Source: Lama guanicoe (Eukaryota). Taken from it: DNA of 64,000 nt. The DNA lies in the NCBI GenBank assembly GCA_013239625.1, contig MU053934.1, positions 899,285-963,284 of the forward strand, given 5' to 3'. This document shows, in pieces, positions 12,772-26,059 of this stretch. A model generated the notes under the pieces. The model had not been told where the DNA came from. It saw only the letters and a program-made list of their open reading frames with translations, and made no database searches. How positions within the stretch are numbered: position 1 is the stretch's first letter; every line of letters starts with the position of its first letter. The translations under genes were made by a program, and so were the position numbers.

Positions 12772-13544
12772 ACCCCCCCATATGTATATATGCCCCAAAG
12801 GGGGTGGGTATATATTATATCAGGATATTTTACTTACCATCAAACTGAATTTAAGAAGACAAAAGGTAGCATTTGTTGCAAGGGAATCCTGCTATCAACT
12901 GAACTACAAAATGGCAGGCAGTGTAGAGGTGCAGCTAAATGGGACGTGGAAAATTTGAGCACCACCAGGATCCCCTTGTCTCTGCTTCAGTCTGTTCCCA
13001 GTGCTCTCTCTGCTTGGCATGGGACATGGCCACCAGTGAATCCTCCAATTTTAGTCTTGCTACCTCCTTTGTTTGTTTTGTGTCTGGACCAGTCAACTGA
13101 GAGTGGAGAAAGGATGGGAGATGACTGGCCGGCTTGAACTTGATGTAATCTGGGAGGGAGGGTTTGGAGGAAGACAGCAGTCTCCTGACCACCAAGGCTG
13201 GAATTGTAGGAAGAGAAGCTCCAGGAAAGGAAATCACTGTTCCAGGTGGAAGGGAGAAAATTCTGGGAGGACCTAATAATTTATATCCATTATAGGCACA
13301 AGCAAAATGTTTTTATAAAGGACTAGTATATTTGAGGGAGAGGTAATGACAAGATTCCTCTAACTGACCATAACTCGGGCATGTAAAGGATAAAGCGACA
13401 TAACACCTAGCTGGGGTCAGAGGCAGCATCATGGAAGAAACAGCACAGAGCTTCTCCTGGGTTGAGGAGTGGCATATAAGCGGATGGTGATGTCCAGGCA
13501 TCCTCATCTTGCAGTTAAGAAGTGTGATATGTTGGTGATGAAAG

Positions 13545-13750
13545 GATGCAGGGCAATGGGCCCGTCTCCAGGGTTTGAGTCCTGTATTTGTAATCTTCTA
13601 GCTGTGTGCCCTCGAGTAAGCATTTAATAGTCTGAGCTTAATTTTCACTCCTTGTAAACTGGAAGGGAATCGCATCTCCCTCGTGGAGAGGTGAAATGAA
13701 ATCATGTACTTAGCGGCCTTGCAGGGTAAACATTCAGAAATGCTCGTTCC
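13545..13750 (+). mobile_element. MIR SINE
   Basis: gggtttgagtcctg...ctagctgtgtgccctcgagtaagcatttaa...tgtaaactgg. Confidence 0.6.
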
Positions 13751-14384
13751 CTCCTGTTGTCAGGGTTCACCCAGCTAATCAGAGGCATGTAGGTGACTTG
13801 AACCCAGAACCCCTGACTGAGAGGCCAGTACCCTTTCTGCCCCAGTGCCCTGGCTCTCTGAACTACCTGCTCTTAAAGTCACAGCTTCCTCATGACCTGG
13901 TCTGCTCTTACTGCAGCTGTGGCTCCCAGGGGCCTCACAGGAGTGGGACTCCCTCGAAGGGCGAAGAGGCCCTCCTCTTGCTCCTTGCCTCCCTCACCCC
14001 AGACACATCAGAGATAGAGCTGGAGAAAATGGAAATGTTGACCTTTGAGTGATTAATTATAGGCTGGTGACTTTGCCACCTTTATCAATCAATGCAGGAC
14101 TGAGCTTGAACTCTTGCATACAGAGGTCCTGTCTCTCTAGATTAAAGGTGATCACTTTGAAAAAAAAAATGGTCAGGACTGTAACACCATTCACGTGAAA
14201 AGGAGACCGGCCCACGTAGGCTAATTCAGCATTACGCTAACAACGAGATGAAAGATGGGCGAGACGTCAAAGCGAGCAGATGACAGTTTGTGAAATGAAT
14301 GTTTGTATAATATGCAAAACCTCACTGGACCTCATTGTCAAAAGTAATGACATGAAATAAAAACAAAACAGAAAATAACACAGC

Positions 14385-14545
14385 CAGGTAACCTTTACTG
14401 AGACCGCTGGAGTGTCAGAAACTAATTACTTTTCATCTATTGTCTCATTTTGTTCTCCAGAAACCCTATGAGGTGGATGGCGCCGTTTTCTGCTATCCTC
14501 ACGCCGTAGGTGAGGGAGGTGCAGCCCAGAGAGGTGGCGCCTGAT
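14385..14545 (-). mobile_element. MIR fragment
   Basis: acctttactgag...attgtctcattttgttctccagaaaccctatgaggt. Confidence 0.5.
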
Positions 14546-14820
14546 CTGTAAAGTGGGCCGGTAGAAGGCTCACGAGGGGTGTATGGTCACTGGGGGGGCG
14601 TATGGAAGCTTATTAATGTCTATTTGGCGGTCATGTGATGGGGTTGGTTTCATGGCTGAGTCCAGACAGGAAGCCAGGATTCCCTTCCTGCCTCTCCCAA
14701 CTACAGGAAGGGATATCTGATGACTGGTACCCGGGGAAAACTGCTGTGTTCCATCAGTGCAGCCAGTGTTTGCTCCCTTCCTTTAGCCGCTGCCTGCTCA
14801 CAGGTTAGAAGACAGAAGTA

Positions 14821-15040
14821 CAGATGACCCTTGAACAGCATGGGTTTGAACTGCACGGGTCCAATTATATGCAGATTTTTTTCAGTGAATACATACCACA
14901 CTACACCATTCGGGGTTGCTTGGTTCTGTGGACGTGGAGCTGCGTTTACAGAGGGCCGACTGTGGTTCTTTAGCATGCAAAGGTTTTGGTGTCTGCAGCG
15001 GCCCTGGAATGTATTCCTCTCAGATACCAAAGGACCACTG
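14821..15040 (-). mobile_element. MER8-like (TcMar-Tigger/MER2 group) MITE
   Basis: TA on both sides; ends CAGATGACCCTTG and (rc) CAGTGGTCCTTTGG; cccttgaacagcatgggtttgaactgcacgggtcca is a typical terminus. Confidence 0.85.
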
Positions 15041-15537
15041 TAGTTGTCATTGTTCAGGGTTGTTGCTGTAAATACACATCATTCCCCTCTTTCCTCTGCC
15101 TGTGTTCTGAACCAACTGAGAGAGAAAAAGGAATCCAGCGACTGATGAGCAAAGTATTCGCATTGTTAAAGCTAGATCAGTGGCTTGGATAAGTGGCCCC
15201 CCATGGACTTCCTGATACGAAGCTTCAGGGTGAGGCAGACTTACCATCCACCTGAGACACAGGCAAGGGTGGGAAAAGTCTCAGCAGCAGGAGGGGGAAC
15301 TTTACAGATGAACTTACCATATGGTTGAGAGCAGGGCGTTCCCAAAGAGAGGCAGGAATGGAAGAGGCGGGTCTACACATGCAGGGTTCTTCTCCAACTC
15401 ACTATGAGAGCAGGCACTGCCCGTCGCACCCAGAGGAGGAGGGAGTGAGGTGTCAGCAAGAGGCGGGGATGTTTTAATTCATGTGCAAGGAAACAACAGA
15501 TCGTAGGAGAAAGACTTCCTCTCTAACAATGCTGAAG

Positions 15538-15559
15538 TGTGTGTGTGTGTGTGTGCGTG
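15538..15559. repeat. (TG)n microsatellite
   Basis: Direct observation. Confidence 0.9.
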
Positions 15560-16429
15560 CTGGTACATGGGCACATACGTACAGATGTAATATGTATCAA
15601 TATTAATTGATGAATTCTGGCACTATCCACCAGTAATTTGACCAATATTTCTCCTTGACAAGATACAGACATTGAAACATCATGACAAAAATTATCTTTT
15701 AAAGGATGGAAACTCTTAAAAGTACAAGTTATTTGGAAGACCAAAGCCTTTGCAGTGTAGAAACATTCCTTCTTTTTTTCCCTCGAGAGCTGGCATCTGC
15801 CTACAGTCCGTTGAGCTGATGTCTACACAAGCCAGCTAATGCTGATATCTCTAAGAGATTGACGTCAGCCTTTGCATTTTGGGCCCAAGTCTTTTGGAAA
15901 GACCAGCGGGCTTCACAAGAATCAATAGGGGTATACACACTCCGTTAACCTACAAGTGGAGTAGATTGGGTTACAGTGAAGAGATTGGAAAGAGCAAAAG
16001 GGTAAAACTGTGGTCCTCTTCTCCTCATCCGGCTCCCCTGGAGAGAAGGCTGTTTCGTCCCCACTCCTCTTTGGAATGAAAGAGAATAACAAAATATACC
16101 TGATGGCACTTTCAGCATCTTAAGATGAATTCTTAGGAGGAAGGAGTCCCAGCTGAAATACTCCTTAATTGCAATTAAGTAAAAAGAAAACTCCATAGGG
16201 GTGCGATATTAGCCTTGCATCAGGGTCATCAATTCTAGAAATGGGAAGGGGTACTCCTTCGAGAAGCGCCATCTCCCCCTTGACGCAGCTTCTGAGAGGC
16301 ATATCTGAACAGCCAAGCAGGAAGGTAAAATTCTACTTTCTCAGCAAGAGAGTAGGAGGGTGATGCAACTTAAAACAATTGGTCCTGACTTCTGCTCAGA
16401 TTCCCTCCTATCACAGTGAGATGGGAAGG

Positions 16430-16555
16430 GTACCAGGTAGAACTGGATCCAAACCCGGGTGCTCCTCACAACTCTATTACTTGTCAGTCAGTGCCTGGAC
16501 TCTCTGAACCTCAGTTTCCTTGTCAGTGAAATGCATGTAATAATGATAGTATGTT
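16430..16555 (+). mobile_element. MIR fragment
   Basis: ctctctgaacctcagtttccttgtcagtgaaatg. Confidence 0.65.
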
Positions 16556-17469
16556 TTAAACTGACAGATTTCTGAAACAAAAATAAAAACAAAGTGGAGA
16601 TCCAAAAGCCAAGTGGTTGGGAAAAAAGAAAGAAATCTTGCTTTATTTGGTCAAATATTTATGATGGCTTGAAATGGATCCTGTTATTGAAATACTGTTG
16701 AGAAGAACATTACAATGTTAATGCATCCATTCTTTACTTGACAGATATCGATTGAACCCCTACCTTTCAAAGTTGGCAGACTGTAAAATAGTGACACGCT
16801 TTGACTTCTAAGAAGAGCTCACGGTTTCTTCTGCCTCATTTTACTCCAAAGGAGAACTTCCTGTTTGTCAAAGACACAGTCATGAGTTGTGATCTTGGGA
16901 GAAGCAGAGAGAAGCGTTTGGGGATGGAAAAATCAACTTCTTAACTGCACGTGGGCGCCTATTTATTTTGTGATTTCTTGTTTCAGATTTGGAGGAGTTT
17001 TGATGCTCCTGTTCTCATTTGGTCTTAAACTTGTTTCTCTCTCTCATCTGAATTTTTCTCTTTTTACCTTCCCATGTGACTGGCTTGACAAGAAAGGTCA
17101 GGGGATGCCTCGTCTTGGGAGAAAAGTTCATCCTGAGGGACGCAGGCAGGAACCAGGGTGTGGTTTATGGAAAACAAAGCTCTGTTCAAGCTGTTTAGAC
17201 CTGCTGCCTGGTCTTGGGTAGGGAAACCAATGGAATAACCTTGATAATGAGGATGGGGACCAGAAGACCTCAGTGAGGCAATTCACTGGGGCTTCTGACC
17301 TTGTAGAAAACAGAATGCACAGCTACACCAAGCTCTTTCTCGCTTCAGAACTTACGAAGAATGGGGAAAGGATTAATTAAATCTTGATGGAGACCAAATG
17401 GGATCTATTGCAGATTCTTCATCCTCCAAGTGACTGGTCAGAAGACAAAGAAGGAGGGAATGCTTGAAC

Positions 17470-17630
17470 TAAAAGGGAACTTAGAAATAACTTAGTACAT
17501 CAACTTTCATTTTTTATTGTTTCTCCTGCCATTTTGCAGAAGAGGAATTTGAGACCCAAGAAGATGGGTTCATTTTGCAGCCATTAGTGACTAACAAGTC
17601 TAACAAACTGAGTCTCTTGATTTGTTCCTA
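17470..17630 (-). mobile_element. MIR fragment
   Basis: ccattttgcagaagaggaatttgagacccaagaag. Confidence 0.55.
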
Positions 17631-17769
17631 CGTGAGCTCTCCATGGACTGACCTCAGGGTATCTCCCATGAAGAATTTCCCAAAGATGCTCCTGTGTGTC
17701 CCTTCGACCAAGCTCTCCCGATAAATTGTGTTTCCTGTTAAAATAAGATGGCAAGACACAGGATAATTG

Positions 17770-17990
17770 TTGATGAGATATTGAGGAGGTGAATCAAGGT
17801 TGATTCCTAAGTTGAGTGGTTGAGGGGATGGAGTGGTCGCCATTTGAAGCAGAGGACAAGAAAAGTGGGTTTGGAAGGAGACAGAAACTACCAAGTTCAG
17901 GTTTAGATATGTTGAGTTGAAATCTCAGTGAATGGCCAGATTCAAAGGGTTCAAAAAGAAGTTGTATACCCGAGCTCAGGAGAGAGGAAC
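17770..17990 (-). mobile_element. L2 ORF2 fragment
   Basis: Reverse translation gives LNISKPEL and NLGINLDS, matching L2 LNMSKTEL...NLGVILDS. Confidence 0.7.
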
Positions 17991-18231
17991 CATATAAAAA
18001 AAGACTCTCCTCTTGTTTGTAGCCCTTCAAAAGTCCTACTTACTTCCCAAGATCCTGCCCAGATCTACCTGCTCTGTGAAGTGGTCCCTAGTTTTCCACC
18101 GCCTCCAGCTTCTTCTTATGTGTACCCATAACACGTTGCTGGTACTTCCATGAAGCTACCCTTCCATTCAGCTGTGTGAGAACTGTCTTCACAAATGCCC
18201 CTTGAAGCAGAGCAAGCACCAGGAGTCCATA

Positions 18232-18450
18232 CGGCATGGTAGTCAGGAATATAGCCTCTTGGTCCAAACCGCGGGCATTCAGCCAGAGCTCTACCAATGT
18301 TTTTGACTTTGAGCGATTTGTTTAACTGCTCAGTGACTCAGTTTTCTCATCTGCAAAAGGGGATGATAATTATGGTATTTGACCAATCACGGTGTTGTGA
18401 TGTTTAAATGAATTAATAAGTGTAGATTATGACACAGAGCATGTAGAGGA
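18232..18450 (+). mobile_element. MIR SINE
   Basis: gactttgagcgatttgtttaactgctcagtgactcagttttctcatctgcaaaaggggatgataat. Confidence 0.75.
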
Positions 18451-19557
18451 GTGGCAGGGTTCCATTCCTTTTCGTATTTCTTAGAATAAATCTCTTGGTT
18501 CTCTGACTCCCCACCCGTATGCAGGACTTACTGTAGCATCTCTTCCAGTGAGTAAGTTCCTTAATTCAAAATCATTTCTTTTTTCCCTTTGGCTTGGCAA
18601 GGATTCTGTGCCCTCAACCAGGTTCCTCAGAGGCCATGTTTGATGTTTGAAGTTTTAAACAATTCCAGGGGGAAAAAAATCTTTTTGAAGAAGGTACCAG
18701 TTAAAGTCCAGGGTATGGAAATGGGGCAGAATGCCCTCTTCACTGACCTGAGCAAAACCTCCGGGGGCTTCTCTAACCAGTCCTCACATACAGTCACAGT
18801 GACTTAACATCCACTTTGGAGGACAATGACCGAAAAGCATTCTTTAAAAAAAAAAAATCCTTCCCTGCTAATTCTGACTGACTGAGTTGGGGCTAAAACA
18901 GAAAGGGTTTTGAACCATAACTGGCATGTCTGCAGCTGCGGATTCAGCAATATTGTTACACTGAAGGAGAGGTGCACGTTGGCAGCTTAGAAGAGATTTC
19001 ATTTTCACTTTCGTCTGCTGCCAGAAACACTGCTCACCTGTCTTCTGTGCTTTGTTTCCTGGTGGGATTCAAAGCAAACGGCAGTCCACCCCATCTGTTT
19101 TTCCAACCCGGAAGCTCATTTTCTTAACCCTCCTTGGGCTCCTGGGAGGTTTTAGCAGGGTCTTTGGTCCTAGGTGTAACTGGTCAGGTACTAACTGGCT
19201 AGCTTTCCCCTGTCACTGGCATGCGAATAGCATGGCATCGAAGGGTGGATATTTTGTGTAATATTGATGTTGAAGAGGTAGGGTGGGAGGACTGTCGCAT
19301 CATCGCTGTTTGGAGTGAGACCTGGACGTGAATGTTGGCCCCCCACCGCCTTGAGTAAGTGGCATAGCTCCTCTTTGCCTTACTTACTGTCTGCAATGGG
19401 AAGTGACAACCTACCATGCTGCACGTTGGAAGGATTAGAACAGTCAGAGCATTTAAACATCCAGTTCATTGCCTGGCACTGGGAATGGCCTCAGTAATGG
19501 CCTCTGTGAAAGTTCCCCAGTTTTCTTAACAGCAAAAAACCTTGCAGAGAAGAGGGG

Positions 19558-19744
19558 CAGGCCCTTGCTAGTTCATATAGTATTTTGTGCAAATTATAAA
19601 AAGGTGCAATCTCTAGGTGGGTACCCCTTGTGCAGGACCCCTGATTTGGAGAGATTCTGAAGCTGGATTTCAGCCCCCACTGGCCCCTGCACCTAGGTGC
19701 CTTTGTGCAGTGCACAACTTCAGCAGTTGTGCCCGGTGACTCTG
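19558..19744 (-). mobile_element. MER91-like (hAT-Tip100) MITE
   Basis: ggtgcctttgtgcagtgcacaacttcagcagttgtgc...actctg is the reverse of the MER91 terminus; cagg at the left end. Confidence 0.65.
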
Positions 19745-20010
19745 AAGACTGATACCTGCACTGTGGCTTGATCGTGGTTTAGCTGCATTGATCTTAGGAA
19801 AACAGAATTGAGTCCAGACTCACATAGCAATGAAGGGCTTTTAGGATGTGACCTACAAACTAGCTTTTCAATCTTATCTCCTACTTCTTTTCTGTAGGAA
19901 TGTTTACTCCAAACAAGTGGGGAGTCGTTACCAAGAACTTACACATGATCATGTTTCTCATGTGATGTGCTTCAGCTACAAGGCCTGATTGACTATCGGG
20001 GGTGGGGGCA

Positions 20011-20272
20011 GTACAGCATAGTACAGCATAGTGGCTAAGAGAAGAGCCAGCCTGACTGTGGTTGTAGTTACACCTTGCTGCTGGTTACCGGTGCCATCTT
20101 GGCCATTTGGCCAATCCCTTTGTCTCTCAGTTTCTCACCTGAAACAATGGGGAGAATAATATTACCTACCTCCTAGGGTTATTGAGGGATTTAAATGGTT
20201 AATGCACACAAGGCACTGAGAACAGTATCAGGCATGTAGTGAATGTTCAGTTAACATGCGCTGTCATTACTG
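20011..20272 (+). mobile_element. Near full-length MIR
   Basis: Runs from acagcatagtggctaagag through attacctacctcctagggttattgagggatttaaatgg to gaacagtatcaggcatgtagt. Confidence 0.85.
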
Positions 20273-20544
20273 TCTCTGTCCATAGCTGCCTCCCATGATA
20301 TGGTTTCCTTCTGTCCTCCACGAAGCCTCCATAGATGACCTTATGCAGAAGGGCACTGTCCCCTCTGTGACACATGCAGTACTTTCTGTTGCTAGCATTC
20401 ACAGAATGATCATTTTTCAGAGTATGTCTCATTTATCCATCCCCCATTTAATAATGGGTTTCTAGGAGTATTCTATTTTTTTAACCCCTTAGCTATTGTT
20501 TCATGCCCCACCCTAAGCCTAATAAAATGTGTTGAATTGCTTCT

Positions 20545-20880
20545 GAGGTCAGAGCCCTCTTGGTTGCATATGACAGAAACCCGACTTGTACTAGCTAAGG
20601 CTATAGAGATTTCCTAGCCTACAGGAGAACATGGGTGACTAGAGTGATGCCAAAAGGATTCTCTCCCCCCCCCATCTCTGCTACTCTCTTCACATCAACA
20701 TCCCCCTCTCAGCTCTGCTTTACCCATGAGAGTGGAACCATGGTCTCAAATAGCTACAGACACATGTCTTTTCAGGTGAGAAAGGCCCTCTTATTTCAGA
20801 TGTAGGCATGACATTCCCAGTGAAGCATTCTGATTGGCCCATCTTGAGTCAAGGTTTTGTTCCATAACCGATCATTATGG
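20545..20880 (-). mobile_element. MLT1 (ERVL-MaLR) LTR fragment
   Basis: ttggttgcatatgacagaaacccgact...tctgattggcccatcttgagtca, typical of old MLT1 subfamilies. Confidence 0.6.
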
Positions 20881-20899
20881 TTAAAGATATAAGGTAAGT

Positions 20900-21178
20900 A
20901 GACAGCAGTTCATATTAATACTATGTGGCATGGAAAGTGTTTGCAGAAACAGCTTGGATGTTTGGATGACTGGAAGGATGGTGGTGCCATCAACAGAGGC
21001 AGGGGGCATGTGAGGCCTGAGCTGATGTGGGGGCGGTACATGAGGGGTTCCATTTTGGATATTCTGAGTGAGGACTGTAAGTGTGGTGTTCATGTTGGAG
21101 GGTGTGACAGCAGTGGAATTATGAATTCAAGAATCAGGGGAGAGCTCAGGACTAGAAATACAAATTTATGAGACATAA
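20900..21178 (-). mobile_element. L2 ORF2 fragment
   Basis: Reverse translation includes VDGTTILPVIQ; ggatggtggtgccat...ttccattttggatattctgagt. Confidence 0.7.
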
Positions 21179-21209
21179 GGATAGGATAAATAATTTTTAA
21201 ACGTGCAAA

Positions 21210-24200
21210 AAGAACTTTTACTTCTAAGTAATATGTCGTAGGTTGTAACATGCTCACATTCCCACTGCATTAACTGGAAAAAAATTTAGTAAATTACAAA
21301 GCTGGCATTTTTAAAGACATCTGAGGTCTGTGAAAGCAAAGAAGAATAAATGAATAAAAATTCCAGAGAGAAAAGAGTCTTTTCTAGGTGAGTTGACAAT
21401 TGCTAACCACTTATTCCCCAAGGGTCCTGCCACTGTAGATACAGGCTGAGGGTCAGGCTTGTCACACACAGATAGACTCTTCTTGTGGGGAAACCAACAG
21501 AGCATGTGCTGGTCCTGCAGGGCTGGTACAATGGACTGGAAACTAGAGGGGTCTCAAAAGAAAGGCTGTGTTTTCCCCATGGCATAGACTATTAAAAATA
21601 TACAACTAATAGACACAAGAGTTTATCCTAAAATTTTTTAATCACAAACCTACACTCATGTGGAGTAAAACTAAAGTATTACATAGAGAGGAAGAGTAAA
21701 GTTTAATGATTACATTTCAAATAGATGGAAACAAATGAAACAAGCATCCAACGAGAGAAGTTACAACCAAACTATGTACAAAAACCCAAAGAAAGCAGAC
21801 AGAAGGCAGTTATAAAGAAGAGAACAGGAAGGGAGTAAGTAGAATGGAAATGTATAAAAAAAAGAAGATAAAGTCACTCTCTGTACACAATAAAGTGTTT
21901 GTCTACCTCTGGCAAGATTAACAAGTCCCTCCCCCCAAAAAGGAAGAGCTAAAGATAAATAATGGTGTGACGAAAAAGAGCCATGATTAGAAATAAGACA
22001 ATGACTTAAAAAAGAATATCACGAATAACTCTATGCTGATCAATTTTAAAACTTAAGTAAAATCACAAATTTCCCCCCCAAAGATATATTACCAAACCAG
22101 CTAAAGGAGAACTAGAACAACTGAATGATCTTACGACCAGCCCAAAACACGTGGGCAGTTAGAATCTACCCACAGAGGCTCAGCTGGTCTTATATGTGAA
22201 TTCTACAGAACATAAAGGGACTGATCATTCCAATCTCTTGTGAAAACTTTTTGAGAAGAAAAAATGACTGACCTTTGGTGCAGGCTGAAATGAAATTAGT
22301 TCTTGATAGCATAACTTTCGCACTGATTACAACTAAAAACTCTGCACACACACACACACACACACAAATTAACTACCTGAAGTTTCTAGAAATAATTAAT
22401 AATGGAGCAAGAAATCATAACTTGAAGAATGACCAGTATTGTAAGAGTGACAAAGTGTTTGTTTATCATATATATACATGTGTATATATAAAGAATTTTT
22501 AAAACTCAACAATAAGAAAACAAATAACCCAATTTTTAAAAATAAGCAAAAGATCTGAACACTTTATCAAAGAAGATATGGATGGCACATGAAAAGATAC
22601 TCAACACCATTAGTCACTGGTTGAGATACCACTGCACGTCTATTTATAAGGGGGCTGAAATAGAAAAAATAAACCATACCAAATGTATACCAAAAGAATG
22701 AATTTTACTATAAGTAAATTTTCTATAAAATTTTAAAAAAGTAAGTTAAATGCTTAAAAATGTCCCAATGAATTATTTAGGCCTTCCATAACTTAAATGT
22801 CAAAACTGGACTGTGCTATTGTAGTAACAGAAAATTACAGAGCAATCTCACTCCTAAATATACACTTATGCTCTAAATCCAACAATCCATAAACATAAAA
22901 GTACATAATGTAACAGACCAAGTTGAGTGTCTTCCAAAGATGCCTGGTTGTTTCTAGACTAGAAAAGCATATTATTATAACTATCCCATTCCAAGTTAAA
23001 GGGAAAGTATTAATAAATGATTGCTTCAATGGATACAAAAATGAATTCATCAAAATTCCACACCCACCTGTGATAACACTGAAACTTTTCTCAAATTTTG
23101 AATTAAAAAAAAGTTATTTCTGCATTTATACACAAATTCTGCAGCAAATGTCATACTTAATCATAAAACACTTAATGTGTTCTCTTTACAATTAGAAAAA
23201 AGATGAGAATAATATTTACCATGTTATTTTCTGTATTTATTGGGAATTTCTAGTCAACACAGTAAAACAAGAAAAGGAAGTAAAAGATAAATGCACTGAA
23301 AACCAAGAATCAATGTGTAATTACTTAAAGATGAGATCTTCTATATCAAAAATGACAAAGAATCTATAGAGATTCTTACAATGCATATGAGAGTTCAGCA
23401 AATTTTCCAGATAAAAGATCAATATACAGAAATCAATTGCATTTCTATACATTAGCAATATCAAGTTGAAAATTCAATAACCAATAATATTTACAAAATT
23501 TTAAAATCACCCAAATATATGAGAAGTTGCCCAAGACTTTTATGGTAAAATTATAAAGTGTTACATGAAAGTCATTAAAGAATTTTCAAGTATTAGGAAA
23601 GAGATACTATGCTAATGGACAGGAAAACTCAATGTCAGAAACATATCAGTTCCTTCCAAATTCATCTCTAAATTCACTAAAATTCCAATCAGTATCCCAA
23701 GAAGAACTTTCCTGGAAATGATACACTGGTTCTAATCATCGTAAAGGAGAATCAAGAGCCTGTTAGTAGTTAAGATATTCCCAGAAGAGAAACAGGCAAA
23801 GAGACTCACCCTGCCAGATATCGAGACTTACTATGAAGCTATAATAGTTAGTAATCTGTTGTCCTGGTGCAAAAAGAGACAATTACTCCAAGAGAACACA
23901 ATAAAGTACCATAAACATACCCTTGCCTATACGGAGTTATGATAGATGATGAAGCCAATGTTTCAGATCAATAGAAGTGTTGGCCTATTTTTCAATATAT
24001 ATTGACAAGTGCTTTTTCATAGGGAAATGTAGTAATGGATCTCTCCTGCATGTCCCATGTAAAAATCACATCCAGATGGATCTAAGATTTAAATGTGAAA
24101 GAAAATGTTTTAAATTAATAGAAGACAGTATAAGAGAATGTCTTTCTGACCTCAGAAAGGACAGAAATTTTAAACAAGATTCAAATAAATTGGGCAACCC

Positions 24201-24790
24201 ATAAAGAAAAGTTTGACAATTTTAAGTACATTAAATGTAAGAATTTCTACTCATCAAAAGATACCACAAACGTGTGCCACGAAGTTGAAGTAGGCATCTG
24301 CAATATGTACAACCAAGGAAGGATTAGTATCCAGAATATATAATGAATGGCCACGGAACAAATAAAAAGATAAATAAAAATAACAAATAAAATAAATAAA
24401 AACAGAAAATGAGCAAAAGGCAAAATCAGGCATTTCACAGAACAGGAAAAAGGTATGACAAAAATTTGGTAACCTCTGTATTGTTGGGGAAAGGCAAAAT
24501 AAATATATTAAATTGAAAAAAATTACATCTATTAATGCCAAAGATGTGAAACAATAAGAGTCCCATTCATTCACAGAGAGAGTGGAAAATGGAACACCTG
24601 CTTTGGTAAACAGCTTGGCTCTGCTACTTAGTGAAGTTGAACGTGGGCTTGCCCTGTTACCTAGGTTTCTACAGCTAGGACTGTGCTTTATATAAATGCA
24701 CACTAATGAATACTGAAAGGCACACAGAAGATGTTCATGGCAGCAGTTCAATGATTCGGTGAGGTTAGATATCTTCTGGCTGTCACAATA
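21210..24790 (+). mobile_element. Long degraded L1 (L1ME/L1MD-like) mosaic: 5' region, ORF2 remnants and 3' end
   Basis: A-rich; gataaaagatcaatatacagaaatcaattgcatttctatac, ccttccaaattcatct, actcaccctgccagatatcgagacttactatgaagct (L1 'LPD.K.YYKA'), 3' motifs near 24600-24750; a separate L1 piece sits at ~22470-22750; (CA)n at 22345-22366. Confidence 0.8.
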
Positions 24791-25049
24791 GGATGGGCAA
24801 ACGGAGGAGCCGCAGCTGGACAGCACCAGGTCTGTGTACTTCTTTCTAACTGACCTGCTCCCATAAGATCCACTCAATGACCATAGGTTTGTTCTGACCT
24901 CTGGGGTCCTCCAAACTCATTCTAATCCTTTGCAGACCATCACGTAGACCAAGTACGTATCAAGTAGTGATGCAATGAGAAAAGCATCCCTGTTGTCAGT
25001 GCTTTGGCAGCCATACCACTCTCACCCCAGAGAGCAAAAATAGAATCCA

Positions 25050-25700
25050 TAGCAAATGGACCCAGCTCCTGAGTGAGCAGATAGCAGAAAAACACACACT
25101 TGCATGAGAATCAAGAAAACCTTATTCTAAATATAGCTCCAACATGCCTAGCATCCCTTTCGGTCCTCCTCTCTCATAACCAAGGTGTAGTTTGTCAGCT
25201 CCCCATTCTGCACCTTTCCCACTCTGCAACAGCCATCTATTTTGGGTGGCATTTTCCCCCAGGCGTAGCTACAGAATAAGCTCTGATTGGTCCAAGGCAA
25301 TCAGGTCAATTCCACCTTGCTGTCCACAGTGATTATTTGAAAATACCAGAAGTCTAAGCCAATTGGCACATCAAATTTTTCTCATTACCTGGACTGATTT
25401 AGAGGTGGTCCAGCCATCACAGAGTTCACCATGTTATTTGATGATTATGAGATAGAGCTCTTTGGTTTCTATTGGACATAAGATTGCTGCTTATCCCCAT
25501 TCTGTGACCGTGATAGGAGGCCAGCCCTCGGATGCAGAGCTGATGCTGGAAAGCAGAGCTCAGATACAAACAAGGCCCTTCATGTTGTATCACGGAGCCA
25601 CTGCATTAGCCCACACTGAAGCCTGTCATGTCCACTCTTTCTGATCACGTGAGCCAGCGACCTCTTCTACGATTTAACATAGTTTACGTTGACTCCTATT
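25050..25700 (+). mobile_element. LTR16-like (ERVL) LTR remnant
   Basis: ctctgattggtccaaggcaatcagg...tccacagtgattatttga resembles the LTR16 core. Confidence 0.45.
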
Positions 25701-26059
25701 TCTTGCAACTTAATGAACACTTACTGCTTCGTGAAGATGATGGTATTTGCCATCTTTTTGGGAGTTGCTGCAGGTCTCCAGGGCAACACCAGCAACACAC
25801 AGGGAAAACCACATGAAACCGTATGTCTTCAAGTAAGTGTCGTGTCTACAGTAAGATTTAGGACACCCTTCTCGTCACGGTGCTGTCACTTCTTAAGTGA
25901 TTTTTATTAAATCTGTCTGGAGCAAATCATTCTACGTTTCTGAGTCAGTCTTCTCACCAGTAAAATGATTACTTAAATGATATCTAGAGTCATTTAGATC
26001 TATTGATATATACACACTGAGGGCAAGGTGCATGTCTTATTCATACATTTGAAATGATG

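Noticed and set aside
14525..14542. CTCF-like CAGAGAGGTGGCGC
   Set aside because: Only the 3' half matches, and it lies within a decayed MIR.
24254..24877. 207-aa ORF with a hydrophobic stretch
   Set aside because: Antisense to A-rich L1 sequence; the hydrophobicity is a T-richness artefact.
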